Assembly: GCA_030745835.1 (NCBI GenBank)
Contig: JASLNU010000108.1
Span: forward strand, 10,214 to 74,213
DNA: 64,000 nucleotides
DNA from: Rhodospirillales bacterium
Lineage (GTDB): Bacteria > Pseudomonadota > Alphaproteobacteria > Rhodospirillales > UBA2165
Reading direction: 5' to 3'
Part shown: piece after piece, positions 8,667 to 18,569 of the stretch
Layout of the letters: each line of letters opens with the position of its first letter
Numbering within the stretch: position 1 is the first letter of the stretch
Notes under the pieces: generated by a model
What the model was told of the DNA's origin: nothing
The model's input: the letters and a program-made list of their open reading frames with translations, nothing else
Databases searched by the model: none
Translations under genes and position numbers: made by a program

Positions 8667-10055
8667 ATGCCGGATCAAGCGGCATCGATTGCGGAAAGCG
8701 GCATCGTCGAAGCCTATAGCGAGCGGACCAAGGGATCGGCGCGGCTTTACGAGGATGCCCGGAGCCGGTTTCCCAGCGGTATCACCCATGACATCCGCCA
8801 TCAGCATCCCCATCCCTTGTATCTGGAGCGGGCCGAGGGCGCCCATAAATGGGACGTCGATGGCAATCGCTATGTCGATTACTTCATCGGCCACGGGGCG
8901 CTGATCCTGGGCCACGGCCACCCCGAGGTGGTCAAGGCGGCCCAAGCGCAGATGCGCGCCGGCAGCCATCTCGGCGGCAGCCATCGATTGGAAGTGACCT
9001 GGGCCGGGCTGATCCAGTCGCTGATGCCGAGCGCCGAGCGGGTGCGCTTCACGGCCTCGGGCACGGAGGCGACATTGCTGGCCTTGCGCCTTGCCCGGGC
9101 GCATACGGGACGCACCAAGTTTGTCCGCTTCAAGGGCCATTTCCACGGCTGGCACGATCATATGGTCGCCGGCTATAGCGCCCATTTCGACGGCACCCCG
9201 GCGCCCGGGGTGCTGCCTGAAGTGGCGGCGGCCTCGATTACGGTAGCGCCCGGCGACCGGGAAGCGACGCGCAGCGCCCTTGCCGCCGAGCCGGACATCG
9301 CCGCCGTGATTATCGAGCCGACCGGCGCCCATTTCGGCCGCACGCCGCTTGATCCTGAATTTCTAGCGTTCCTGCGCCAGGAAACGGCGGCGCGCGATGT
9401 CGTCTTGATATTCGACGAGGTGGTCACCGGCTTCCGTGTCGCGCCGGGCGGCGCGCAAGGCCTGTTCGGCGTGCTTCCCGACCTGACCGCCCTCGGCAAG
9501 ATCGCCGCCGGCGGCCTGCCCGGCGGGGCACTGGTGGGCGCCAAGGAGATCATGGATCAGCTTGATTTCACGGCAAGTGCCGAAACCGAAACCGAGAAAA
9601 TAGGCCATCAAGGCACCTTCAACGCCAATCCCGTGAGTGCCGCCGCCGGCATTGCCGCGCTTCGCATCATCTCGGAATCCGATGCCTGCGGGCGCGCCAA
9701 CGCTTTCGCCGCCGATTTGCGCCAGCGGTTGAACGGCGTCTTGGCTGAATTGTCGATCCCGTGGGCGGTCTATGGCGAATATTCGGGCTTTTATCTTTTC
9801 ACCAACGTGGACAAGCGACCGTTGATAGCCAACCATTTCGATCCCCATACCGTCGATCCCGACGAATTGGTGCGGGCGGACGCCGAGCTGATGTCCAAGC
9901 TGCGCCTCGCGATGCTGCTGAACGGTGTTGATCTGACGCCGCGCTTCAGCGGCTGGACATCGGCGGTGCATGGCGCTGATGAGGCCGCCGCCACCATCGA
10001 TGGGTTCCGCAATGCACTGCAAAAACTTAAGAGCGAATTCGGCGAGTCATTTTGA
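8667..10055 (+). CDS. Class III PLP aminotransferase (glutamate-1-semialdehyde aminomutase-like)
   Basis: WDVDGNRYVD, SGTEA, FHGWHD, IFDEVVTGFR, LGKIAAGG (PLP Lys) and HQGTFNANP. Confidence 0.88.
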   Translation: MPDQAASIAESGIVEAYSERTKGSARLYEDARSRFPSGITHDIRHQHPHPLYLERAEGAHKWDVDGNRYVDYFIGHGALILGHGHPEVVKAAQAQMRAGSHLGGSHRLEVTWAGLIQSLMPSAERVRFTASGTEATLLALRLARAHTGRTKFVRFKGHFHGWHDHMVAGYSAHFDGTPAPGVLPEVAAASITVAPGDREATRSALAAEPDIAAVIIEPTGAHFGRTPLDPEFLAFLRQETAARDVVLIFDEVVTGFRVAPGGAQGLFGVLPDLTALGKIAAGGLPGGALVGAKEIMDQLDFTASAETETEKIGHQGTFNANPVSAAAGIAALRIISESDACGRANAFAADLRQRLNGVLAELSIPWAVYGEYSGFYLFTNVDKRPLIANHFDPHTVDPDELVRADAELMSKLRLAMLLNGVDLTPRFSGWTSAVHGADEAAATIDGFRNALQKLKSEFGESF

Positions 10056-10091
10056 TAAGGTTTGTGAAAGCGGCACACGAGGGAGGTCCAA

Positions 10092-11501
10092 ATGTCCGAT
10101 ATCCTGATCCGCCAGGGTCGCATCATTACCGCATCCGATGATTATACGGCGGATATTCTGGTCTCCGGCGGCCGCATCCGCATGATCGGTGAAGCCATCG
10201 ATGTCGGCGCGGATACCGAAATTCACGATGCCAGCGGTCTTCTGGTGATGCCCGGCGGCATCGATGTGCACACCCATCTGGAAGCCGCCGTCGGCGCCGC
10301 CAACACGGTCGATACCTTCGAGACCGGCAGCATGGCAGCGGCTTTCGGCGGCACCACCACTTTGATCGATTACGCCAAGCAGGACAAAGGCGCGAGCCCG
10401 ATCGCCGGGTTTGCCGATTGGCGCCAGCGGGCGGCCGGCGCCGCCATCGATGTCGCGGCGCATATGATCATTGTCGATTTCAACGAACAGACCCTGATCG
10501 ACATGAAATCGCTTCTCGCCGATGAAGGCATAACCAGTTTCAAGATGTTCATGGTGCGCCCCGGCGAATTGCTGATCGACGATGGCCAGTTGCTCAAAAT
10601 ATTACGCATGACCGGCGACAATGGCGCGCTCTCCTGCGTGCATGCGGAAAACGGCCTGATCATCGACACCCTGGTCGAGGAAGCCGTCGCCGAGGGCCAC
10701 AACGATCCCATCTACCACGCCCTGACGCGGCCCAGTTCCACCGAGGGCGAAGCTACGCACCGCGCCATCCGCATCGCCGAGCTGGCCGAAGCGCCCCTCT
10801 ATATCGTCCATGTGTCGGCCAGCGAAGCGCTCGACAACATCACCGAGGCGCGCGACCGGGGTGTCCCCATATTCGCCGAAACCTGCCCCCATTACCTGTT
10901 CCTGACCGAAGCGGAATATGACAAGCCCGGGTTCGAACCGGCCAAGTATGTCATGTCACCGCCCTTGCGCGCCCAATCGCACCAGGACGCGCTGTGGCGC
11001 GGGCTGGCCAGCGACGATCTGCAGGTGGTGTCCACCGACCATTGCCCGTTCTGTTTTACCGAGCATGCCCACGGCCTCAAATATTCCAAGGAGGTTGGGC
11101 GCGATAGCTTTGCCCGCATCCCCAACGGCGCGCCCGGCGTGGAAACGCGCATGCCGTTGATTTTTTCGGGCGGCGTCGGGCAGGGGCGCATTTCGCTCAA
11201 CCGGTTCGTGCAACTGACCGCGACCGGTCCGGCCAAGCTGTTCGGCCTGTTCCCGAAGAAGGGCACCATCGCCGTCGGCTCGGACGCCGATCTGGTGCTG
11301 TTCGATGGCCAAGAAAGCTGGACCATCCGCGCCGCCGAACATCACAGCCGCGTCGATTACAGCCTGTTCGAGGGGCGCGAAGTGACGGGGCGCGTCAAAA
11401 AGGTGTTTTTGCGCGGCGAGTTGATCGTCGACGGGCAAAGCTGGCTGGGCCAAAAGGGCGGCGGCGAATATTTGCCGCGCGGCGCCTCAGGGAGCTTGTA
11501 G
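10092..11501 (+). CDS. hydA: Dihydropyrimidinase / D-hydantoinase
   Basis: PGGIDVHTH, ITSFKMFM, VHAENG, ETCPHYL, STDHCPF and IPNGAPGVE. Confidence 0.92.
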   Translation: MSDILIRQGRIITASDDYTADILVSGGRIRMIGEAIDVGADTEIHDASGLLVMPGGIDVHTHLEAAVGAANTVDTFETGSMAAAFGGTTTLIDYAKQDKGASPIAGFADWRQRAAGAAIDVAAHMIIVDFNEQTLIDMKSLLADEGITSFKMFMVRPGELLIDDGQLLKILRMTGDNGALSCVHAENGLIIDTLVEEAVAEGHNDPIYHALTRPSSTEGEATHRAIRIAELAEAPLYIVHVSASEALDNITEARDRGVPIFAETCPHYLFLTEAEYDKPGFEPAKYVMSPPLRAQSHQDALWRGLASDDLQVVSTDHCPFCFTEHAHGLKYSKEVGRDSFARIPNGAPGVETRMPLIFSGGVGQGRISLNRFVQLTATGPAKLFGLFPKKGTIAVGSDADLVLFDGQESWTIRAAEHHSRVDYSLFEGREVTGRVKKVFLRGELIVDGQSWLGQKGGGEYLPRGASGSL

Positions 11502-11506
11502 TTCTC

Positions 11507-11780
11507 CGGTAAAAAGTCCTTCGCTGCGCTCAGTGTACTTTTTACCGATTTAATATGGATAAATTCGTCCTTGAGGCGACTCAGCGAACGAATTTGGCAT
11601 GATATCCCGGTCCGATCTCTGATCGGGCCGGTACGGAATTGCAGGCCTTTGGGCAACTTTGCCCAAAGGCCTGCAATTATCACCATGCGAAAAAAAGGCG
11701 CAGGGCCGCACCAAGCCTTCTTTTCTCCTTGGTCATACCTGAATAAAAGTACACCGAGCGAAGCGAGGGACTTTTATTCA
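11507..11780. repeat. Composite six-hairpin element with inverted terminal hairpins (REPIN/MITE-like)
   Basis: Hairpins at 11507-11547, 11561-11595, 11607-11631, 11637-11678 (perfect 20-bp arms), ~11689-11725 and 11740-11780. The first and last are inverted copies of each other. Confidence 0.8.
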
Positions 11781-11782
11781 AA

Positions 11783-12724
11783 CTATTCCTCGGGCGGCGG
11801 CGTGATCCCGGCCTGTTCGGTGATCGGGCGGTAGGCGTCGATCTGCCGGTTGACCTCGAAATTCAGTAGGTTCTGTTTCAATCCGGCGGCCAGGTCCAGG
11901 TCGCAGTCGGCGGTGATCAACTCGTCTTCGCGGGTCGTGCATTGGGCGACGATTTCCCCGGTCGGCGCGACGATGCAGCTGCCGCCGATCAGGCCGGCGC
12001 CGTCCTCGATACCGGCCTTGGCGACGCCCACCACCCACATACAGTTCTGATAGGCGCCGGCCTGCATGCTGAGGCGGTTGTGAAAATCGGAAAGCGGGTT
12101 CTCATGCTCTTCCCAAAAAGAGCGGGTTGGCGTGTTGTATCCGAGGGCCACCATCTCGGCACCCCGGAGCGCCAGGACCCGGTAGGTTTCCGCCCAGCGC
12201 CGGTCGTTGCAGATGCAGGTGCCGAGGACGCCGCCGAAGGCACGAACGGCGGTGAAGCCCAGATCGCCGACTTCGAAATATTTCTTTTCCAGATGCTGAA
12301 TGGCGTAGTTCGGATCCGGCTCAGCCCTGCCGGGCAGGTGAATCTTCCGGTACTTATGAATGATCCGCCCATTGCCATCGACCAGGATGGCGGTGTTGAA
12401 GCGGCGTTTGCGACCCTCAGCCCGGTCGATTTCCCCATAGCCGAGATAAAACCCGATGCCCAGTTTTTTGGCTTCGTCGAACAATTGTTCGGTATCCGGC
12501 GACGGCATTTCGCTTTCGCAATAGGAATCGAGCTCGTCTTCGTCCTCGATTATCCAGCGCGGGAAAAATGTGGTCAGGGCAAGCTCGGGAAAGACCACCA
12601 GTTCGCAGCCCTTGGCGTGGGCGCTGCGCATATGATGCAAAAGCCTTGCGATGACCGACGCGCGGCTGTCATCGCGGCTGATCGGACCTAACTGCGCCGC
12701 CGCCACCGAGATCATGCGCCGCAT
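11783..12724 (-). CDS. N-carbamoyl-D-amino-acid hydrolase (nitrilase superfamily)
   Basis: Catalytic triad motifs FPELAL, YRKIHLPG and CICNDRRW, plus GYNTP and QAGAYQN. Confidence 0.9.
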   Translation of the reverse strand: MRRMISVAAAQLGPISRDDSRASVIARLLHHMRSAHAKGCELVVFPELALTTFFPRWIIEDEDELDSYCESEMPSPDTEQLFDEAKKLGIGFYLGYGEIDRAEGRKRRFNTAILVDGNGRIIHKYRKIHLPGRAEPDPNYAIQHLEKKYFEVGDLGFTAVRAFGGVLGTCICNDRRWAETYRVLALRGAEMVALGYNTPTRSFWEEHENPLSDFHNRLSMQAGAYQNCMWVVGVAKAGIEDGAGLIGGSCIVAPTGEIVAQCTTREDELITADCDLDLAAGLKQNLLNFEVNRQIDAYRPITEQAGITPPPEE

Positions 12725-12815
12725 GCCAACCTCCTCACCGTTTATCCAGATTCAGATCGTTAGCATATTAGCATTACTGCCGGGACCAATCCATCAGGCG
12801 CGCCAGGCGCCGCGA

Positions 12816-13706
12816 TCAGATGCTTCGGCGCGCGCGTTCGGTGCGCAGCAGGTAATAGCTGCTGACGATGATGATGGCGGCGCCGAGATAGCTCCATCCG
12901 GGCGGAAACTCGGCGAACCAGATCAGTCCGATTGCGAAGGCGAAAACGATGCGCAGGTAATCAAAGGGCAGCACGAAGCTGGTTTCACCCAATCCGATAC
13001 CGTGGGTGAAGAGGGTTTGGCCGAAGACGCCGAGGGCGCCCATCAGCATCAGGATCACCAACTCGGTCGGCGTCGGTGTCTGCCAAAAAATCAGGGCCGG
13101 GATCGCCGACAAGACGGTGGTGGTGGCGGTGAAATAGAAAATGATCACCATGGTATGCTCGGTCCGGCTCAAGACCTTGACCACTAGCACGACAATGGTC
13201 GCCGTCACGGCGCCGCCGATCGCCGAAAAGTACCACGGGCTGAAACCCTCGCCGAACGGCCTGGTGATGATCAGGATGCCGAGAAAACCGATAATCGCGG
13301 CGCTCGCCCGCCGCCCGCCGACCACCTCGCCCAGGAACAGGCCGGCCAGAAGCACGGTGAACAGGGGCCGCGAAAACTGAATGGTGATGGCGTCGGCCAT
13401 GACGATATGCACGATCGAAAAGAACATCGCCATATTGCCGAGGAAACCGACCGAACCCCGCACCAGATGCAGCTTGAACCTGCCGGTCTTGAGATTGGCG
13501 AAACCGAACCGCCAGATGAAAGGCAACAGAAAAATAAATCCGGCCAGGAAGCGCATGAACACCATCATCGGCACCGTCAGGGAATCGCCCAAAAATTTTG
13601 CCAGGGAGGCCATGACAGTGAGGAGAAAGGCGCCCGCTATGACGTAGAGGGCGCCCCGGTAATTGGCATTGGCCGCCGGACTTGGCGGTTGGACGGCATC
13701 GGTCAT
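12816..13706 (-). CDS. DMT (EamA) family transporter
   Basis: About 10 hydrophobic segments, FLGEVVG and PFDYLR. Start set at ATG 13706; the upstream in-frame extension does not look coding. Confidence 0.88.
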   Translation of the reverse strand: MTDAVQPPSPAANANYRGALYVIAGAFLLTVMASLAKFLGDSLTVPMMVFMRFLAGFIFLLPFIWRFGFANLKTGRFKLHLVRGSVGFLGNMAMFFSIVHIVMADAITIQFSRPLFTVLLAGLFLGEVVGGRRASAAIIGFLGILIITRPFGEGFSPWYFSAIGGAVTATIVVLVVKVLSRTEHTMVIIFYFTATTTVLSAIPALIFWQTPTPTELVILMLMGALGVFGQTLFTHGIGLGETSFVLPFDYLRIVFAFAIGLIWFAEFPPGWSYLGAAIIIVSSYYLLRTERARRSI

Positions 13707-14142
13707 GGGGTCTACTCGGCGGATCAAGCCGCATCGAGAGGCGCGGCGGTAGGAATGGATATCCGATATATGAGGGAATGCAACCGCTTCGACGAATGCC
13801 AGCCTAGGGCGGTTCCGATTTAATCTGGCGCATGGCATCGGCGGTACGGGTTTCAGGCGCTTGATATGGGCCTTGAACTTAGAGACCGCCGGCCCCCGGC
13901 CATGCCCAATACGCATGGCCGATGCGACATGCGACACCGGTTTTCGTCATGGACATCCTACCCTTTTATACCCATTCATACCCTTTTGGGGACATTTAAG
14001 CTTGGCCGCCCCCCGCCCAACCCGCCAAAACCGGCAGCCGGCCATGCGGCAACCGCATGGCTTGAGCGGGAGGGCATCGGAGACGGGCGGCACCCCTCGG
14101 TTCGCGCCCCTTGGGCGCTCCGTCAAACTTCCTTATTCACGA

Positions 14143-14154
14143 TGTTAAAGAGCA
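14143..14154 (-). promoter_or_regulatory. boxA antitermination element
   Basis: The minus strand reads TGCTCTTTAACA (then TCGTGAAT), an exact match to the rrn boxA consensus. Confidence 0.75.
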
Positions 14155-14159
14155 GAGAC

Positions 14160-14189
14160 ATGATATAGAACGTATGTGGAACAATGCAA
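14160..14189 (-). promoter_or_regulatory. Sigma70-like promoter overlapped by an alphaproteobacterial LexA box (GTTC-N7-GTTC)
   Basis: Minus strand CTTGCATT-GTTCCACATACGTTC-TATATCAT; the LexA box at 14168-14182 fills the -35/-10 spacer. Confidence 0.7.
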
Positions 14190-14273
14190 GGGGCCGGGAA
14201 CCTTTAGGGGACCAACATAGGGGCAAAATCATCCCGGTCAAATGGATCCTATCAATCCGGAACCGCTCTGGAT

Positions 14274-16871
14274 TCAGGCCGCTTCCGCCTCGATCTCCTG
14301 GCCGTTTATGGTCAGTCCGTCGGTGCCGGCGCCGATATGCACGGTTTCGCCCTCTTGGATGGAGCCATCCAGGATCATGCTGGCCAGCGGGTTTTCCAGG
14401 TTGCGCTGGATCACCCGTTTCAGGGGGCGGGCGCCGTAGACCTGGTCATAGCCGGCATCGGCCAGCCAGGCGCGCGCCGGGCCGTCCAGTTCGAGCGCGA
14501 TATTACGGCTCTCCAGGCGGGCGACCAGGCGCGCCAGTTGGATATCGACAATGCCGTCCATATGTTCGCGGAACAGGCGGTGGAAGAGGATGATCTCGTC
14601 CAGCCGGTTGATGAATTCGGGCCGGAAGGCGGCACGCACCACCTCCATCACCTCGTCCCGGACCTCTATCGAATCATGGCCCTCGTCCTGGGCCGCCAGG
14701 ATATCGCCGCCGAGGTTGGAAGTCAGGATGATCAGCGTGTTGCGGAAATCGACGGTGCGCCCATGGCCGTCGGTCAGGCGGCCGTCGTCGAGAACCTGCA
14801 GCAAGATGTTGAAGACGTCCGGATGCGCCTTTTCCACCTCGTCGAACAGGATCACCTGATAGGGCCGGCGGCGGACGGCTTCGGTCAGGGCGCCGCCTTC
14901 GTCGTAACCGACATAGCCGGGCGGCGCACCGATCAGCCGCGCCACCGAATGTTTTTCCATGTATTCCGACATGTCGATGCGCTGCATGGCGCTTTCGTCA
15001 TCGAACAGGAAGGCGGCCAGCGCCTTGGTCAGTTCGGTCTTGCCGACGCCGGTGGGGCCGATGAACAGGAACGATCCCAGGGGCCGCGCCGCATCCTGCA
15101 GCCCGGCGCGGGCGCGGCGCACGGCATTGGAAACCGCCGCCAGGGCTTCCGATTGGCCGATCACCCGTTCAGCGAGACGGTCTTCCATCTGCACCAGCTT
15201 TTCGCGCTCGCCTTGCAGCATTTTGTCCACCGGAATGCCGGTCCAGCGTGAAACGATGGCGGCGATATGTTCGTCGGTGACCGCCTCTTGAACGATGTCG
15301 CGGTGCTCGGCCTCATCGGCGGCGGCAAGCTTTGCCTCCAACCCCGGGATCAGGCTGTATTGCAATTCGCCCGCCTGTTCCAGTTTGCCGTCGCGCAACG
15401 CCTTTTCCAGCTCGATCCGTGCCTGGTCCAGATGTTCCTTGATCTTGTGGGCTTCGGCGATTTCCTCTTTTTCGGCCTGCCATTGCCGGGTCAGGCGGTG
15501 GCTTTCCTCTTCCTGCTCTGCCAGTTCGACTTCCAGCTTCTCCAGCCGGTCCTGCGAGCCTTGATCGCTTTCCTTTTTCAATGCCTCGCGTTCGATCTTC
15601 AATTGGATGATGCGGCGGTCCAATTCGTCGATATCCTCGGGCTTCGAATCGACCTCCATGCGCAGCCGGCTGGCCGCCTCGTCCATCAAATCGATGGCCT
15701 TGTCGGGCAGGAAACGGTCGGTGATGTAGCGGGCCGATAGGGTGGCCGCCGAAACCAGGGCGCCGTCGGTGATACGCACGCCGTGGTGCAGATCGTATTT
15801 TTCCTTGACCCCGCGCAGGATCGAAATGGTGTCCTCGACGCTGGGTTCGGCCACGAACACCGGCTGGAAGCGCCGCGCCAGCGCCGCGTCCTTTTCCACA
15901 TGCTGGCGGTATTCGTTGAGGGTGGTGGCGCCGACGCAATGCAGCTCACCGCGCGCCAAGGCCGGCTTCAACAGGTTGGAGGCATCGATCGCCCCTTCCG
16001 CCGCGCCGGCACCGATGAGGGTGTGCATTTCGTCGATAAAGAGAATGACTTCGCCGTCGGATTCGATGACTTCGCTGAGCACCGATTTCAGCCTTTCCTC
16101 GAACTCACCCCGGAACTTGGCGCCGGCCAACAGCGCGCCCAGATCGAGAACCATCAGCCGCTTGCGGCTCAAGGCCTCGGGCACGTCGCCATTGACGATG
16201 CGCTGGGCCAGGCCCTCGACGATGGCGGTCTTGCCGACACCGGGCTCGCCGATCAGCACCGGGTTGTTCTTGGTGCGCCGCGCCAGGACCTGGACCGTGC
16301 GCCGGATTTCCTCGTCGCGGCCGATGACCGGGTCGAGCCTGCTTTCGCGCGCCTCCTCGGTCAGGTCGCGGGCGAATTTATTGAGCGCGTCGTAGCCGTT
16401 TTCGGCGGTCGGCGTATCGGCGGTGCGGCCCTTGCGCACTTCCTCAATGGCTTGGTTCAGTTTTTGCGGTGTCACCCCGGCCTTTGCCAGGATTTCGTGG
16501 GCCTTGGTTCCGGGCACCAGCACCAGCGCCAAGAGCATGCGTTCGACGGTGACGTAGCTGTCGCCGGCTTTCTCGGCGATTTCCTCGGCGCGTTTCAGGA
16601 CATTCGATGTTTCCGAGGACACGTAAACCTGACCGGCGCCCGATCCTTCGACACGGGGCAGGTGTTTGATCGCTTCCGTAACTTGGGCGAGGCATTGGGC
16701 GGCGTCCGCGCCAGAGGCGGCGAGCAGCCCCGCCGCCAGGCCTTCGCCGTCTTCCAGGAGCACCTTCAAGAGATGTTCGGGCGTCAGCTGTTGCTGATTG
16801 TCTCCGGAAGCGGCGGAATGGGCGGATTGGATGAAACCGCGCGCGCGCTCGGTATATTTTTCAAAATCCAT
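14274..16871 (-). CDS. clpB: ATP-dependent chaperone ClpB
   Basis: Two Walker A motifs ([16 protein letters not shown]), middle coiled coil, [11 protein letters not shown] and GARPLKR. Confidence 0.98.
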   Translation of the reverse strand: MDFEKYTERARGFIQSAHSAASGDNQQQLTPEHLLKVLLEDGEGLAAGLLAASGADAAQCLAQVTEAIKHLPRVEGSGAGQVYVSSETSNVLKRAEEIAEKAGDSYVTVERMLLALVLVPGTKAHEILAKAGVTPQKLNQAIEEVRKGRTADTPTAENGYDALNKFARDLTEEARESRLDPVIGRDEEIRRTVQVLARRTKNNPVLIGEPGVGKTAIVEGLAQRIVNGDVPEALSRKRLMVLDLGALLAGAKFRGEFEERLKSVLSEVIESDGEVILFIDEMHTLIGAGAAEGAIDASNLLKPALARGELHCVGATTLNEYRQHVEKDAALARRFQPVFVAEPSVEDTISILRGVKEKYDLHHGVRITDGALVSAATLSARYITDRFLPDKAIDLMDEAASRLRMEVDSKPEDIDELDRRIIQLKIEREALKKESDQGSQDRLEKLEVELAEQEEESHRLTRQWQAEKEEIAEAHKIKEHLDQARIELEKALRDGKLEQAGELQYSLIPGLEAKLAAADEAEHRDIVQEAVTDEHIAAIVSRWTGIPVDKMLQGEREKLVQMEDRLAERVIGQSEALAAVSNAVRRARAGLQDAARPLGSFLFIGPTGVGKTELTKALAAFLFDDESAMQRIDMSEYMEKHSVARLIGAPPGYVGYDEGGALTEAVRRRPYQVILFDEVEKAHPDVFNILLQVLDDGRLTDGHGRTVDFRNTLIILTSNLGGDILAAQDEGHDSIEVRDEVMEVVRAAFRPEFINRLDEIILFHRLFREHMDGIVDIQLARLVARLESRNIALELDGPARAWLADAGYDQVYGARPLKRVIQRNLENPLASMILDGSIQEGETVHIGAGTDGLTINGQEIEAEAA

Positions 16872-16935
16872 TCTAATCCTTTCCCGCGACCGGTTCCGCC
16901 CCTTCGATGAGCGGGATCGTCGATCACGGTCTATT

Positions 16936-16964
16936 TATATGGCGCGTTTCAAATTGGCCGCAAG
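16936..16964 (-). promoter_or_regulatory. RpoH (sigma32)-like promoter of clpB
   Basis: Minus strand CTTG-N18-CCATATA resembles the alphaproteobacterial RpoH consensus. Confidence 0.5.
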
Positions 16965-16982
16965 ACTGGTAATGCTTTTGCC

Positions 16983-17741
16983 ATGCCTATTATAGTCGAA
17001 CATATCTACCGCTATCCAATTAAGGGGTTGTCGCCGGAACCGTTGCAAACGGTAAATTTAGAGGCCGGCGAGTGCCTGCCCGGCGACCGCGCCTATGCCC
17101 TGGCGCGTCCCGGCGCGCCGTTCGATGCATCGAAGCCTGCGCATTTGCCGAAAACCCATTTCCTCATGCTGATGCGCGACGAGGCATTGGCGTCACTGGA
17201 CACCGCGTTCGATGATGCAACAAAGACGCTGCTGATTTCCGAGGGTGGCGTCACGCGCCTCGAGGCATCGGTTGAGAGCGATGAGGGGCGCGCCGCGATA
17301 ACCGCTTTTTTCAAACCGTTTTTGGGATCGGGCGCGGCGTCGGCGCCGGACCTGGCGCACGCGCCCGGCCACACATTTTCCGACAAGCCGGCCAAGGTGG
17401 TTTCGTTGATCAATCTGGCGTCGGTGGATGCGCTGTCGAAAGTGGTGGGGCGCACCGTCGATCCGCTGCGTTTCCGCGCCAACATCTATTTTCAGGGCGC
17501 GCCGGCCTGGGCCGAGTTCGAATGGCTGGGACGAAATTTGACGGTGGGTGATTGCGCCCTGGAGGTTATCGACCGCATTCCGCGGTGCGCGGCTACCGAT
17601 GTCGATCCGCAAACGGCGCGCCGCGACATGCACATTCCGAAAACGCTGATGGACAGCTACGGGCATATGGATATGGGACTCTACGCCCGCGTCAGCGACG
17701 GGGGAGCTTTGGAAATCGGGGATTTGATCGAAGTAGATTAA
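16983..17741 (+). CDS. MOSC domain-containing protein
   Basis: YRYPIKGL, GDRAYAL, RFRANI and RCAAT. Confidence 0.9.
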   Translation: MPIIVEHIYRYPIKGLSPEPLQTVNLEAGECLPGDRAYALARPGAPFDASKPAHLPKTHFLMLMRDEALASLDTAFDDATKTLLISEGGVTRLEASVESDEGRAAITAFFKPFLGSGAASAPDLAHAPGHTFSDKPAKVVSLINLASVDALSKVVGRTVDPLRFRANIYFQGAPAWAEFEWLGRNLTVGDCALEVIDRIPRCAATDVDPQTARRDMHIPKTLMDSYGHMDMGLYARVSDGGALEIGDLIEVD

Positions 17742-18358
17742 GCGACGGCGCTATCGCGGTCGCTGTCTTCGTTATCGGATGCCGTATCGGCATCGTTGGT
17801 GGCTGCTTCGGCGCTATCGGCGGCCGCTTCCGGCTGTTCCGCCGGTTGTGGCACATTTGTCCTCTCGACCACCGCTTCGCCATCGCCCGGCGGTATATCG
17901 ACGCTGGGCTGTTCGCTGCCCGCCAAATCGGCCGTGGCCGGTTCCTGGATGGTTGTTTTAGCGGTTTCCGGCTTGCTTTCAGGTGTAGCGCTTGCCGAGC
18001 TGTCCTGCGGATTACCCTGGGATGGCGCTTCCTGCTGCTGCTGATTGCGGTTTCGCCGGCCGCGCCCGCCATCGCGTCCCCCGTCGCGTCCCCCGTCGCG
18101 TCCATCGCGCCCGTCGCCGTTTTCCTGGGCGCCGAGGACACGGAAATAATGTTCCGCGTGCTGGAAATAATTCTCGGACGAGATGCGATCCCCCGACGCC
18201 ATCGCGTCGCGCCCGAGGGTGAGGTATTTCTCATAGACCTGCTGCGCGCTGCCGCGAACCCGGACCTCTGGCCCGTTGCTGTCAAAGCTGTTGTTTTTCG
18301 ATTGCCGTTTACCATTTCCACGGCCGCGCGGCCGCCGAGAATTCGAGCTTTGCTTCAT
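17738..18358 (-). CDS. DUF4167 domain protein
   Basis: FDSNGPEVRVRGSAQQVYEKYLTLGRDA...ENYFQHAEHYFR; usual position next to prmC; (GRDG)n repeat and acidic tail. Confidence 0.9.
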   Translation of the reverse strand: MKQSSNSRRPRGRGNGKRQSKNNSFDSNGPEVRVRGSAQQVYEKYLTLGRDAMASGDRISSENYFQHAEHYFRVLGAQENGDGRDGRDGGRDGGRDGGRGRRNRNQQQQEAPSQGNPQDSSASATPESKPETAKTTIQEPATADLAGSEQPSVDIPPGDGEAVVERTNVPQPAEQPEAAADSAEAATNDADTASDNEDSDRDSAVA

Positions 18359-18569
18359 GTTACCCTTACTTCATTGCTCTAATTTGATTTGTCCGGTCCC
18401 CGCCGCATAACTGCTAACCGCGCGCCATCTTGGCGCAATTCCCTCGGTTTCCATCGGCATTAAGGAGCGGAGTTTTTTTCCGTCAAACGGAGCGGGATAC
18501 TTCCTATCCCGCGCAATCCCCACAATTTGAACCTAGTTATCCCAGCCATCTTTTCAAACCTTTTTTTAC

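Noticed and set aside
8667-10055. True hemL partnering the hemA-like gene
   Set aside because: It is co-oriented with hydA under a shared operator, and the hemA homologue lacks its catalytic Cys; a catabolic transaminase is more likely.
13707-13937. 77-aa N-terminal extension of the DMT transporter in the ORF track
   Set aside because: Not hydrophobic, no RBS, and it overlaps hairpins; family similarity begins after Met 13706.
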